Positions 51,571-64,000 of a stretch of 64,000 nucleotides of DNA are shown here, one piece after another; within the stretch, counting starts at the first letter, position 1, and each line of letters opens with the position of its first letter. The notes under the pieces were generated by a model that saw only the letters and a program-made list of their open reading frames with translations, did no database searches and had not been told where the DNA came from. The position numbers and the translations under genes were made by a program. Source of the DNA: Camelus dromedarius (Eukaryota); assembly GCF_036321535.1 (NCBI RefSeq), contig NC_087437.1, positions 70,806,001 through 70,870,000 on the forward strand, given 5' to 3'.

Positions 51571-52889
51571 AAAGAGTCAATTTCCTGGTCATCTTATTGT
51601 TACCAATCATTAACATCACTCCTCTAGAATTGGTACAGAGGTCAGTCACCTCAGAGTAGGCTGTGTGCTCACCACTCCACCCCAATTCTCTGATACACCT
51701 AGGAAAAGAATTTCAGAAATGTACACCAACATCCAGAAAACTACTTCAGAGATCTGAATCTTGGTGCAGGAAACCAAGAGAAATCTTATTGGCCACTATT
51801 ATTTGGAATTCTCCCTCTTTTTTCCCAAGCAAGAACTATAGCCAAAATACTTTAAAGACTTCCTTTTGAGCAATTTTGGTGTTGAATTCTGGTTTATTCT
51901 TTCATAGAAAATGGGGAATTACGTATAAATTCTGGATAAATGCTTTTACCTAATAAAAAAATGAATATACAATTTTTGACTGTTACGATACAATGATCTT
52001 TCATGAAATTCAGTGTCTAACAATCATCTCCTTGTTAGTAATGAGCTAGACTTGGAGGTCTTCTTTAGAGAGGAGACAGGAGCCCTATGGATAGCCCCGC
52101 AAAGGGACACACACTTTGAAACAGGAAGAGATGCAATTAGAAGCCAGAAAAACAAGGGAGAGCTGGGTGCACGTTAATAGTGCCAGCAACCCTATAATGA
52201 GTTAGGCTTTAGTCAAGATGTAATCAAAAACACGTACTCAAGCTATTCATCCATTTCTAGGATTGTGCAAGGTTTTAGTTTCCTCTCATCTGTTAGCAAA
52301 ATTCTTTTTGTAAAAATAACTTGATCTAAGAAGAAAGATTTCCCCACACCACAGTCAGATTATTCCATGGGAACAGTACACCCTTGGCAGACCACACTGA
52401 CTTGTGGACCAGCCTGCGGATCCAGGGAAAACAGACAAAGTGACCCAGAGGGACAGAGTCAGGGCCAGCTATGGATGTGAGTCTTCACCATCTTCCAAAA
52501 TCTACCCCAAATCAGTCATTTATATCCTTTCTCAACAATAAGCATTAGAAAACTTAAAGATCAAAGGTCCTTTTAGGGACCTTAATCACATGAGCTACTG
52601 ATGTGATTGTAGAGATTATTTCTAGGTCAGCTCCAGCTACCTCCGTCTGAGGCTCGGGACCTCAAAGCTGTCCCCTGCAGGGACACACACACATGCACAC
52701 GCACACACACAGTCTGTTGGTATGGGCTTTTCTCCTGCCTATTAGATGCATTACAAATTTGTTTTTAATGGGGCCTCTCTGCTTTCAACAGAAATATTTC
52801 TGGAGCTCTCCTGGCTCCCACAACATTTGCTGGGTGCACGTTTAATATGTTTTAGCTTTACTGCCTGAAGATGGAATCAGGGACATCTA

Positions 52890-53120
52890 CCTGCACATGA
52901 CAGTGCTTTGGCTCTTGCAGCTGCAGAACTTAATATATGTATCAGTAATGAAAATCTTAATTAAGAAAGCTGCATCATTGTCCATGAACACTCATTTTTC
53001 TCCCCCTACAAAGCCCTTTGTGTATTGCAGCATATACCTGGTCCAGACAGACAGAGCCCTCGAAGAGCTTGTCTGGCAGATCTTCTCTTGATTATTAACA
53101 GCTAGCGAATGACAAAGTCT
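52890..53120. promoter_or_regulatory. Candidate developmental enhancer (SOXE dimer + SMAD + homeodomain)
   Basis: TCTTAATTAAGA palindrome 52955-52966, CATTGT 52976-52981, ACAAAG-CC-CTTTGT 53008-53021, CAGACAGAC 53044-53052, GTCTGG 53071-53076. Confidence 0.5.
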
Positions 53121-54769
53121 CACTCTCCTTTTGTCTTGAAACTGAGGCTTGGAACAGCACAGCACACAACGTACTGTAGGGTTTGTTTGTGTTTTTTAAA
53201 ACTTGCTTTTATTACGTTGGTGGGTTTAAAAATCCGACAGTGTTGATCAAAACTAATTTAGGTAACTTAGAGTTGCCAAAACACTAACAGATGCATATTT
53301 ACACATATACTCTCAGGGAAATGTAATTTTCCATATAGAAACAATGCACAAATATAAGAAGGGACAATTGTAAGCTGTTTGCCCATGTTTCTGGCCCCTT
53401 TGGCCTCTGTGCCTGAAGCCTGCCACATCCCTACTTACATGACCTCAGCAGTTCCTTCTTTCTCTGGGTCATTATGCACATGCCAGTTTGCCATTTGTGC
53501 AAAGTAACATGCTTCGGAAGGTGGAATATCTTTAGGCAGACAACTGACTGTACCCATAAAAAATTGAGTTACTAAGATCTTTTGAAAAGGTGGCCTATAA
53601 TTATATTCATGAAGCAATGTCCAATTGTAGTATTTTAATAGGACCCAAATCATAATTCCCAAAATAAAGTTAATTCATTTAAAATTCTCTTTAAAAGCCT
53701 GAAAACATTTTACTCTTAAGACATAGCAACTCCTACTGTTAGTTCCATGACCTTGAATTATGACCTACATGATGAGGAGAGAGACTCGTGTCTCATCCAC
53801 CTGTCAGTCTTCTGCATTTTCTAAGTCTCTGGTCTACAATGCTAACCATTTTCTGGGACAGCCATGTAAGTAATTGAATTAGACTCAGCTAGGTGCTCAT
53901 ATAATGCTTTCTCCTGGAACAGAAGGACATGCCCACCTAAGGAAGGTCTAGTAATAAATATTTAGGACCTGTCTTCCTAGTGTACATATACTGCCCTCAT
54001 CAAAAGGGGAGCAGACACGCTGTCTCTGGTGGTACTAGTATGATAATGTTTATTTATTCTGCTGCTTAGAACTTCACATGTCTTTAGTGCATTTATTTTC
54101 AAAATCATTATAAAATAGGTAACAGTTTTCTGCATATATGTAGCGTGAGAAAATTTGTGTAAATATTCTCCGTATCACATAAGACGTGAGGAAGACTTTA
54201 TTATAGGAAAGTTATTTTTGAATATTCTTATATTAAAATCTCATGGTTGCACTCAACATTTTAAATGAAGGTTAAATATGAAAAGTAAATAGAAATAAAC
54301 TTATGGTTTTATACTAGAACCATAATAAGAGGTGAGGAGAGATGCTATCAGGGCTCTTAGTTGCTAGATAGCAAGCACTGTGAACAGGTTGTTTTACTCT
54401 GAAAGATTCTCCTTTTCAGGAACCATCTGGCCAACTCTGCCATAAATTCTAAAGCAACTGTGAAGTAACTGGCCTAGAAATATGTTGCAGGTATATAGCG
54501 TAAGGCATATAGTAGGCTGTCAATAGATGTTTGGAGAATGAATACATGAATAAATTATGAATGAATGAGGGTAAGAATGGATTTTGTTGGCATTTCAAAG
54601 ACTAAACCAGAAGATCAGGCACTTTTCATAATTTTATGATGTACTTGATTAGAAGTTTGAAGTGTGCTGAATTTCTAATCCTTGATCTTCAACTTTCCAA
54701 GCAATAGAATACTCGATAGAATGATAAAGAATCTCAAGATTTAAAATGTGGCTAGATCGGTTACCTTCT

Positions 54770-54922
54770 GTCTCTGGAACACACACACACGCACGTGGGT
54801 ATATATGTATATAGTGTGTGTGTGTATATTTCCGTGTATGTATGTAAACAATCACTGGATCACAATGTAAAATGAACTTCTTACTGTGAGTCATGAATAA
54901 AAATGTTTGAAAAAAATTGGGT
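54770..54922 (+). mobile_element. hAT-Charlie-type DNA transposon remnant (MER119-like)
   Basis: GGATCACAATGTAAAATGAACTTCTTACTGTGAGTCATG..AAAAATGTTTGAAAA resembles a Charlie MITE terminus. Confidence 0.45.
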
Positions 54923-57569
54923 AGATCAAGATAATATATTTTTCCATTCAGTGTATCTACAAGTGCTAAAAGTTGAACAGTGACTAAATCCATTCAATAT
55001 GGCAGGCAGCAGACCTTCTGGCACCTCCGTGTGTTTCCTCATTTTTTGTGCTTGACATACCATATATTGTATCAACTTTGGTCCAGATGACAAGCTGAGG
55101 AGTCAAGCAAGTTTAGGGCCAAGAAATACCATGCAGCTGGAGAGAAGGTCTTGGGAAAGCGTACTAGCTGACTATAAGGATGCTCTTCAGTCCAAACCTG
55201 GCCACCCTTGGCTCTCACACGGACAGACATCTACTACCAGTGTCGTAAGTGATCCTGCTGGCAAACATGTACTCAGTGGTCCTCCAGAACATCATATTTA
55301 TGTTAGTGCCTAATGAAATGTCCATAAAGCAGTGCGCAGTTTGTTACATTTAAGTGCCTATGACTTCCTTATTTCAAAAGCAAGTACCTTTAAACATAGT
55401 AATAGCATTTCTCTATATGCAAACCTCTGTACATAAAAAGGTTTACATTTTAAAACAAACATGTTTTTGAGTTTTATCCAAATTCAAAAAAAGCATCTGA
55501 AAAATTTAACAGCTGAAAAACACTTTCTCCTTGCTGGGAAAACTTAAACCTTGCTAGGCTTTATGCAACTTTAAAAAAAAAAAATCACTTCTGTGCTGAG
55601 AACTAGCATGAGAAATCTCAGCATGAAAGGTTGTTGGAATTTTTTTTCTCTTCATAGAGCTAAAACCAATCGTTGGTTTTAGAGTGATGCCACAATATGC
55701 ATATGCTTTGTCAGGAACAAATATGATCTAATTTCAAGGGCATCCTCAACAAAAATTGGGGGGAAATGATAAAGGCTACTTAAGCAGTAATCCAGTGTCT
55801 GAAAGCAAAGGTTGAGGACATCATTGTATCATCAAGGTCTAGAAACACTGCTAACCCTTAGCTGGTTGTCACTGTTTGAAAAGCCTACGGTTATTTGTTT
55901 TACTATTGTCTCACTCAATCCTTCCTCAGCTGAGAAGATCTCACAAGGGAGACGCTATTCTGTGATGGTATCCTGGACTTTGTTTTCTGTTTGTTTCAGC
56001 ACTTCAATAAATGGTCTGTTACCTGCCATGATGACCTGCGTGCATTTGCTGAGCAGTTTTTCAAACCAAAACAAATTATGTGACTGTGTTTCTAGAAAGC
56101 CGAACCATTCTCAAGATAGTATGGAATTGGAAACACATGTAGACATGTCCATGCCATTGTCTGTTTACACTGGGCACATATGTTCAGGCATATTCAGGAA
56201 AATGGGAAAAAAGAAAAGAGACTGGACAATGCAAATATGGAAATGCAGCTTGTTCAAACATTTGCAGCGCATACCCCTAACAGTGCACAAATGTAGAAGT
56301 GACTTTGTAAGGAAGGTCCGCGCGCAAGCATATTTCTCCTCATGCTCCCCTGGGAATTAAAGAACACAATGTCATTTTTTAATATCATACTGGCTACCTT
56401 TGGAGCGTGATACTTTGGATGGTGACTTAGCGGACCACTTCTGGGAAGAGAGACAACAACAACATACCTCTATTATTTACTGGGTGATTTTTGAGAAAAA
56501 CAAGTCCTTCCTTGAAGACAGGCTTAGATATTTCAAGACCTCCTCAGAAAATTTTTTCAGCACCTTCTGTGCTCCAAATTGAGGCAGTTTGCATCATGTT
56601 TCAGTATAACTGAGTAACAGGCTGGCAAATTCCCTGCTTTCCTATTCACTAAAATCCAAAATAGAACTCACAAAAACTCCCTCCTTTATCACTGCACCCC
56701 ACAGTGAACCCCCAGGGAGAAACAGCCCCCCTCAAAAAAACCACCAACCAGTGACTAGAGCCAGCCCTGAAAGACAAATTCCCAGCTGTAACTGTAGCAC
56801 TTTGCTCAGTACTGTGAGCTTGCTAGAGCTGGCACATTTTTTATAATACAGATGCATAAATGTGCTGTCTGAGGCAGAAGAGATGCCACATCCCCTTTGG
56901 TGTTTCTCATCTAGAGTGCATTGCACGAGAGTAGCCTCCCCAGACCCAAAATAAAAGACTCAATTTGCCATCTGACCATTTTTCAAAAATGAAGACCTCC
57001 TGTGACTTAACGTCTCATGATGTTCGTAGAAAACCACCTTTTTCAGACTTTTGAAGCATTTTCCAAATTCAAACTTTCACTGTCTGTATCTTACACACCC
57101 ACACATATGCATACACATTTAGAGATTACATATTTTAAATGAAGTATGGACCACTTTGTAGATTTTCTAAAGAGTGTGCATATGTGTATGTGTTTGGTAA
57201 TGAATTCTTTTATAGTGGACATAAGTTAATCAAACCAATGGGAAATCACTGTTCAAAACCAATACAGATATTAATTTGCGGGGGCCATGAGATATGCATT
57301 CTTAAAAGGCAGCTTATTTTATGGAGTACTCCTTTTTCTTCTCTAAAATTGTTTTCTGGACTACATTTTTAAATTAAATAACATTGATTAAAGTGAAAAG
57401 GAAGGAAAATATGCTCATACCAGAGGCCAATTAAACTTCCAAAGTTGGGCCAAAATTTTGTCCAAAATTTAAATTGGCATCTGAGGGATAAAGATTAGAA
57501 ACGCTGAGGTCTATGCAAAAGAGAGAAGGGTCCGAAGGCCATTTCCGGTAGCTTAGGGATGAATTCCAG

Positions 57570-57776
57570 GGCTTCAGACCTGTGTTTGACAACAGGCCCT
57601 ACCTGTTCCTGTGTCCTTGGGGACAAGCTAATTCATCTTTAACCCTCAAGTTCCTTCGTTATAAAATAAGAATAGTAATTGTTTCCAAGAATTTTCTTGA
57701 TGATAAGATGAGATAATACATGTAAAGCATTTAGTCCAGTAGCAGCCACTAGAAAATGCTCCATAAGGGTAGTTAA
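57570..57776 (+). mobile_element. MIR SINE
   Basis: CTGTGTCCTTGGGGACAAG...TATAAAATAAGAATAGTAAT...ATGAGATAATACATGTAAAGCATTTAG. Confidence 0.8.
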
Positions 57777-57964
57777 GAGTCTAAATTATTTTAGCATAGG
57801 CAGTATCTTTAGAACAAGTGCCTGACCTGGAGACGGACATGACATATGTCAGGGTGTTATTTCTGGCATGTTTCTCAGTTTTCACAGGATGATTTTTTAC
57901 AACCACAACACACACAATTAAGTACACAATCATCATTTTGGTTTTTTCCAGGTGGTATGTAGTG

Positions 57965-58145
57965 CACTAAAAGGGTGCCAGGCACCATGGGAGGCACAGG
58001 ATGCATACCGTGTTGTACAACCTTACTACAGCCCTGTCGGTTACCATTATTACAGCCCCTCCTCAGATGAGGAGAACGCAGCCGCAGCTCTCCTACAGTT
58101 ATGTAACTAGGTGATGATGGGGTCGGACTTTGAGGCAGGCAGCTA
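57965..58145 (-). mobile_element. MIR SINE
   Basis: GTGCCAGGCACCATG...CCATTATTACAGCCC..CAGATGAGGAGAAC. Confidence 0.7.
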
Positions 58146-58169
58146 GTACCCAACCTAACCTAAGGATAA

Positions 58170-58550
58170 TTACAAAGAAATAAAAACCCTGTACACAAAA
58201 TATTTATCAGAGATAACTTTTTTTAACCTTTTAATTGTGGATATTTCAAACATGTGCAAAAGTAGAAAGAACATCAGCGAGAACCCTCATGAATTCCTCA
58301 CTTAGCTTCAACAATTATCAGCTCCTGGCCAATCTTCTTAGCTGTATGTGTGTTATAAAATTGGAAATAAGCTATGTGTTCAACTCTAGGGAACTGGTTA
58401 AGTGTATTATGACATATCCACTAGATAGAGTTTTTGAGTCATTAAAATATTTATGAAGAGCTTATAATAACCTGGACGACTTATGCTATATATTAAAAGG
58501 GGCATACATAATTATACATAATTATGTAATCCCAAATTTTTTAAATAATA
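58170..58550. mobile_element. Old L1 fragments (reverse L1MC-like 3' end 58215-58340 within a forward L1ME-like piece)
   Basis: ATTTCAAACAT...AAAAGTAGAAAGAA...AGCTTCAACAATTATCA...GGCCAATCTT; flanking TAGGGAACTGGTTAAGT..ATTATGACATATCCA. Confidence 0.55.
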
Positions 58551-59274
58551 AATTGTAGAGCCTGGAGAGCTCCGTTTTTTGTCTTACCAGTGTTCTATTG
58601 TCCTGAATTGCATAACGTTGGCATGGTTTATTTTTAATGACACAAAATGAATTGCCCTTATGTTTAGAAAAACATAGATGTATTCATGTGTAAAGAGAGA
58701 GAGCTTATTTATCTGACTTCACTATGGAAATCATTTTATGCAAACAGAATATCCCATGTAACAGAAGCTTATCTCCTCATAATTATCAAAAGATATTTTA
58801 TTTTATTAATATTAAGTTTCGATATGTAGTATCTTAAGTTGATATGCATATCCAGCTTCCTTAGAATATATTTACCATAATTCATTAATTTCTAAGTAAC
58901 TGAGGATCATCATCTTAGACAACAATTGTATTGCATTTCTACTGGTGCTAAAGAGGATGGGGAAGTATAAAAATAATGTTGTCTATTTGAATATTGTGTT
59001 GTGGTTTCCAAGCAGTTGTATGTGGCATCAACTACTTGGTCCTTAGTCTATAAGATTATTTGCTTCTGTGCTTATTTACCTCTGGACCACTATAATATTT
59101 TTAGTTCTCGTGTCTCCTTTTTATAGTTTTTATTTCTCTTCTTGAGTCATCAATTGTCTTCTTGTTGTGCTGGTTTCATTTTAATCTTCATTTCTTCTCT
59201 AATGCACCACTTCTAATCTGTTTCAGACTAGGGAAAAAATGCAACCAACATCATTTAGATTGCATATAAAGTCC

Positions 59275-60280
59275 GTGCATTCACTCATGCACTCGACAAA
59301 TATGTAAATGATTGCAGTACACTGTGTACTCAGCCTGGCAGGGGATACACAGATAAACAAGACACAGATTCTGCCCTCAGAAAGTCTTAATCTAGCAGCA
59401 GGTCTGAAAAATGTGCCTACTTTGCTGGAATCCATAACAGAAAGTGAGGTGCTCTATAAAAGTAGCACAGAGTATTATCGTAGTTCAGAGGAAGACTAAC
59501 TGGGGACTTTACCAGAAGAGGTGACACTGGATTTGGGCCTTGAAAGAACAAGGAGGACTTGAGCAGACAGATAGAAGAAAAGAACATTTCTGAAACTGTG
59601 AGCAAAGCCTGGAAGAATCAAAAGGGTAATGACTCTGCAAAGAAGTATTTGGGTTTAACTAGAGCATGGAGTGTGTGAAGGCGAGTAGTGGGAAATAACG
59701 TGATAAGAGTAAATTGGGACCAGAAAGTGAAAGGACTTGATTACCAAGCCAGGAGTTTGGACTTTATTCAGTAGACAATGGGGAGCTATTGAAAGTTTTT
59801 AGAAGGAGAGTAGCATAATCAGAGCTATGTCTCAGAAAGATTAATCTGGCAGTAGTGAGCAAAATGGATTGGAGTAGGGAGAGACAAGAGGACACTGATC
59901 AAGTCGGAGACTGTCTCAATAGACCAGGAAGAGGCAAGGAGGGCCCTAACTAGGGCAGGGGCAGAGGGAACCAACGGAGCCAGTAAACTGATTTACGAGA
60001 CATAGCAGAAGGAGAATTAGTGCATTATATTTGGGGAGCAAGGGAGAGGAAGGCACCAAAGATATCATTACCACGTTGAGCCTGAGTGGTGCCATAAACA
60101 GAAGCAGAGGGCTAGGAAGCAGGAGCAGATTTGGGAGCCAAAAGTACGAGTTTAATTTTGAGCATACAGCTTGAAGGTGTGGACCGGGTGTCCCTGAGAG
60201 TTCAGCTGGGCTTTTGGAGGCATGAGACAACAGTGCAGCAGAAGGGCCAGGCTTGGAGGTCAACATGTTGAGTCTCCTCT
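59275..60280 (-). mobile_element. L2 LINE 3' ~1 kb
   Basis: CATTCACTCATGCACTCGACAAATAT...GGGGATACACAGATAAACAAGACACAGATTCTGCCCTCA...GGAGTTTGGACTTTATTCAGTAGACAATGGGGAGCTATTGAAAG. Confidence 0.88.
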
Positions 60281-61226
60281 GTCTCAAAGACAAAGAGAAC
60301 AAAGGGGCAAGAGCAGAGCTAATCCGAGGGGCGTGCGGGATCTGTGTGTGGTCTACTTGGTGCCAGTTTGGGCTGCTTGTAGGTCTTTTTCACTTTCTTT
60401 CTGTTCTTAACCCTATTTGGAATGCCACATAAGTGGCTTGTAGATGTGCGAATTATACATAAAAACATATAAAATCTAGTTTGAAATAATGAGGTAATTT
60501 GGGATATAGGTAATGGAGTCAGTTTCACATTATCCACAGCCTTCATCCTCACATATAATATATTCCTGTGTCGCCTTAGAGATGTCACTGTTTCCCTCTG
60601 GGTCTCAGGCTCCTCAGCAGTTAAGTGAACAGGTTGATTAAGACCCCTGGTCACTGTAACTGGCTGCAAGCGGCCAAAACATGACATTATCTAAAAATCA
60701 TTTAGGGAAGAAAGGGGAGGAGGCCAAGGCTCAGGAATCTGTATTTTTTAAACCTTCCCAGGTGATTATGGTAACCACAACCCAGTGGACCACACACTTC
60801 ATCTCTTACATTCTAAAGCATTATCAATCTTTAGACAAAATCTGCATTTTAGGCCACAATTCACAAATAAGAAAACATACCCAAAATAACAAATTTACTG
60901 TCAAAACCCATCTATAACAAAATACTCCCCCTCTCCCCTTTAAGTTAAGAGTAAGATACGAAACGTATTTGAAAAGCGCTAAGATTTAGAAGTCTCCTGT
61001 GACGTTATAAAGTGGGAAAGATATGTGTGAAGGGGGAAGCGGAAGGGGCAGCAGCCCAGGTGGGTAAGACCCATGCACACATACGGCGCGCTCTGCTCTG
61101 TGCCCCCCCGGGGACTCTCCACGTCCCCAGGACTCCGCTGTGCCTGTGCTCTGCGGCTGACTCGAATGCTCCAGCTGTGCTCGTTGAGATTGTAGATAAC
61201 TGCATTCCAGGAGTACCTGGGTACAT

Positions 61227-61584
61227 TGTTTTCGTTTGTTTGAGCTACTAGAACAAAATACCAGACGTAGACTGGATGGCTTATAAACAGCAATTTATTT
61301 CCCATGGTTCTGGAGACTGGAAGTCAGAGGTCAGGATGCCCGCATGGTCAGGTGAGGATCCTCTTCTGGGCCACAGACTTCTTTTTGGCTCTTCATACAG
61401 CAGAAGGGGCTAGAGAGCTCTGTGGGGCCCCATTTAGAGGAGCACTGATCCCATTCATGAGGCCTCCACCCTCATGACCTAATCACCTCCCGAAAGCTTC
61501 ACCTCTAATACCCTCACATTGGGAATTAGAATTCCAACATTTGAATTTGGTGGAGGTGGGGAAACAAATATTTCGACCATGGGG
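61227..61584 (-). mobile_element. ERVL-MaLR solo LTR, MLT1A-like
   Basis: GACTGGATGGCTTATAAACAGCAATTTATTT...GGTTCTGGAGACTGGAAGTC...GCACTGATCCCATTCATGAGG..CCACCCTCATGACCTAATCACCTCCC. Confidence 0.9.
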
Positions 61585-62899
61585 CAGACTCAGAATAGGT
61601 CTAGAGTGAAAATTTTAAAAGCCTATTGAGATTCCAGGGGAGGCTGAGATGAGCCCATTCGTTAAAGGGTTCATCTTTAACCTACCCTCTTTGTTTTGTT
61701 CATTTCTCATCATACGTTTCATAAATGAACTGTTACATAGCTCCATTATTACCACAGTGCCTCAGCCATGGGAGGTCTGTGCATCAGGCCCCCAGAATCC
61801 ACAGCGCACTGTCATGGACCACGCAGGTGGTAGGAAGGAGAGGACTGAGATATGGGTTCTTTCCTCACTTGCTGTGTTCTTTCTCCCGTCCTACCACTGA
61901 GGAAACAATCTCCTGAACTTGATAGGTCGGATTGGAGAAACACGTTGGATTTGGGGAAATCGGAAGGTTTCCAACTTCCAGACTAATTCTGACATCCCAT
62001 TTGCCCAACTAGTATTTACTGAGGAGTTACTACAAGGAGGGCATTCTGCTGAGTATGTATTTACACAGAAATTAGCAAACAATGGTGATTCTGATTGTGC
62101 GCTGGCTACTAGGAAAATTCTGCACTTAAGTGCAGAGGGGAACTAATGATAATGATGATGCTACTACTTTACATTAATATGGATCTTACAGTGTTTTCAC
62201 AAAATTACATTTGCTGCCCTTCCTCTAGGGAAATCCTTCTCTCATCCTCATTTGTCTCATCACCCGTCACCCTTCTTCTGCTCTTCAGCCTGCAGTTATC
62301 CATCACCTTTCCCCAGTCAGACTGTGGCATCTTGACTGTTTACACTCGGTTAGGTGGTCTGGTAGCCTCATTAAAGTAATTTACTCCAAGGTGTGAATGA
62401 GGTTTAACCCTCTTGGAGAAACTGTATTTTAGAGAAGCTTGTTAGTCAGCCAGGTTTTTTCCCTCCAGTTAGTGACATGTGAAGAGAGAGATTTTTGAGA
62501 AGAGCTCTCAGACACATCCTCTTTGCCCTCTGTGCTCCAACACACAAAGCTCTATTTACATTTCTAACAGAGGCTAACAGGAAATCAGCGAAGCAGCCCT
62601 ATGTATCTCATCTACCACCCCTACACACACATATTCTTTCTCTGCCTTCCCTCATCTCTCTCTCTCAACCCTGCAGGTCACTATACTTTTAGTGTCACAT
62701 GACACCCATATATCATATACCTGCTGGCTTCCACCATGCTGGACCACCACCTTAGTTCCCAATCTGTTCCAACTCCAAATCCTGAGTCTTGGTTCCACCT
62801 TGTATTTATAACCTTATAACTGCTCTTTAAATTTACCTCTTTAGATTGTATTCCCCTGAAATTGAAGATAGTTGAGTAAAACAAATGAAGCATATAGCT

Positions 62900-63070
62900 C
62901 TAAAGTTAGATGCCACTCACTGGGCAAATGACCTTAGGCGAGGCATTTATCATATCTAAGCCTCTGTTTCCTTATATGTAAAATGGGCATATTGTGAAGA
63001 TTAAGTATGATATATAAGTGGGATCAGGAACATTTTGTTAAGAATTCAGTACATGTAGTTACTATTCTTA
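62900..63070 (+). mobile_element. MIR SINE
   Basis: TGCCACTCAC...TGACCTTAGGCGAG...CTAAGCCTCTGTTTCCTTATATGTAAAATGGG...TGTGAAGATTAA. Confidence 0.8.
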
Positions 63071-63584
63071 ATATTATTTATTATCTCCACTTCCCTCAAA
63101 AACTTTGATTTGGATTCCCTCTACCGGTTCCACCTTGGAGGAGCTAATTCTTGAGTGTTCTGTGCTGGTCAGAACCAGTTTCCTGCACCTGACCTTTTCA
63201 GCTAGTTTATACAGAAAGCTGATAATGATAAGGAACAAAGATAGGACATAATTTTATAAATACAAGCATATTTGTGGGGATAATAAAAGACGAGATTTGA
63301 AACCAGGTCTGTTCTGGGAAATCAGAGACTTATAACTTCTTTTAAAAGGAATTCTATACTCTGGATGAAGATGAGTTTCAGAGTCACAAGGTAGTGCTAA
63401 ACATAATTAAATCACTTCTCTGATAATCCATTGTATTAAGAAAGCAAAGTCAATAACACAGGAAACAGTTGTCCACATTTCAGGGTATTTTTCTCTCTCC
63501 CAACAGAGAAAGCAGAGGCTTTCAAGTCAGATCTTGGGTTACATCCAACTCCACCACCTAAAATCCATGAACAAAAAGACTCAA

Positions 63585-63740
63585 AATCCCCTATAATTAA
63601 TTTGTTACGGATAAGGAAACTGAGGCTCAGATAAATCAAATAATTCGACCAAGATTAATGACCCCATCTTGCAGACATATTATAAAGATTAGAAATTATG
63701 TATAAAACCTGGCATATTGTTTGGTCTAAACAAATGCATT
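63585..63740. mobile_element. MIR fragments (reverse core, then forward 3' part)
   Basis: TTACGGATAAGGAAACTGAGGCTCAGA; AAGATTAGAAATTATGTATAAAACCTGGCATA. Confidence 0.6.
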
Positions 63741-64000
63741 TCCTGGAAATCTAGAGCCAGATTCTTCTGTGAGATGAAAAGAAGCTGAAATTTTGCCCAC
63801 CTTCTACATATAACAAAGCTCTATATTTAAAGACAAATAAAAACTATCTAGCTACTATAGAACATGGAAATAAACATTTTCCACAGTTAGATTTTTAAAC
63901 CCAATTTGCCCATTAAGTATGTCCAGATAGACAGACTGGATATAAACTAAGTGCTTTTTCAGCATTGATTTCTAAAAAAGAAGTTTTCAAAGGATTCCTA

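Noticed and set aside
55046..55070. TTGTGCTTGA, resembling the miR-218 5' end (also AGCTACATC at ~28041 and TGGAATGTAAA at ~11308 and ~43278)
   Set aside because: Only 9-11 nt match; the rest of the mature sequence and a pre-miRNA hairpin are absent.
56131..56156. p53-family response element
   Set aside because: Only one proper half-site (AGACATGTCC); the neighbouring CATG cores are wrongly spaced.
55812..56360. Longest ORF in the track (182 aa)
   Set aside because: TTG start, no recognisable domain and no exon-like boundaries; compatible with a chance ORF.
22338..58530. Scattered short local duplications (e.g. ~22338, ~23835, ~31996, ~47325, ~48440, ~58503)
   Set aside because: Two-copy 10-20 bp slippage products, unrelated to each other; ordinary background.

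Overview
AT-rich eutherian mammalian genomic DNA, apparently intronic or intergenic. The youngest repeats are artiodactyl-type L1 3' ends resembling camelid L1, and I saw no Alu, B1/B2, Bov-tA/BovB, PRE1, CHR or SINEC elements, so a camelid origin is my inference. I recognise no host protein-coding gene, tRNA, rRNA or known miRNA. The only protein-like ORFs are the C-terminal remnant of L1 ORF2 (13.6-14.1 kb); the rest of the ORF track looks like chance ORFs. The window is a mosaic of old repeats (L2, MIR, L1M, MLT1 solo LTRs, MER20, MER3) and micro/minisatellites. Between them lie several repeat-free islands with dense regulatory motifs: a strong CTCF site (10.6 kb), a promoter-like island with clustered splice signals (27.9-28.95 kb), a TALE-motif block (35.7 kb), a TATA/CCAAT/AP-1 module followed by a 31-codon smORF (38.0-38.3 kb), a paired MARE/ARE + CRE module (39.2-39.4 kb) and a SOXE-dimer/SMAD module (52.9-53.1 kb). 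The sequence alone does not demonstrate a new biological system; the best leads are an unannotated enhancer cluster and a possible lncRNA or alternative 5' exons. Repeat families were assigned from remembered consensus similarity, and boundaries are approximate unless TSDs are given.
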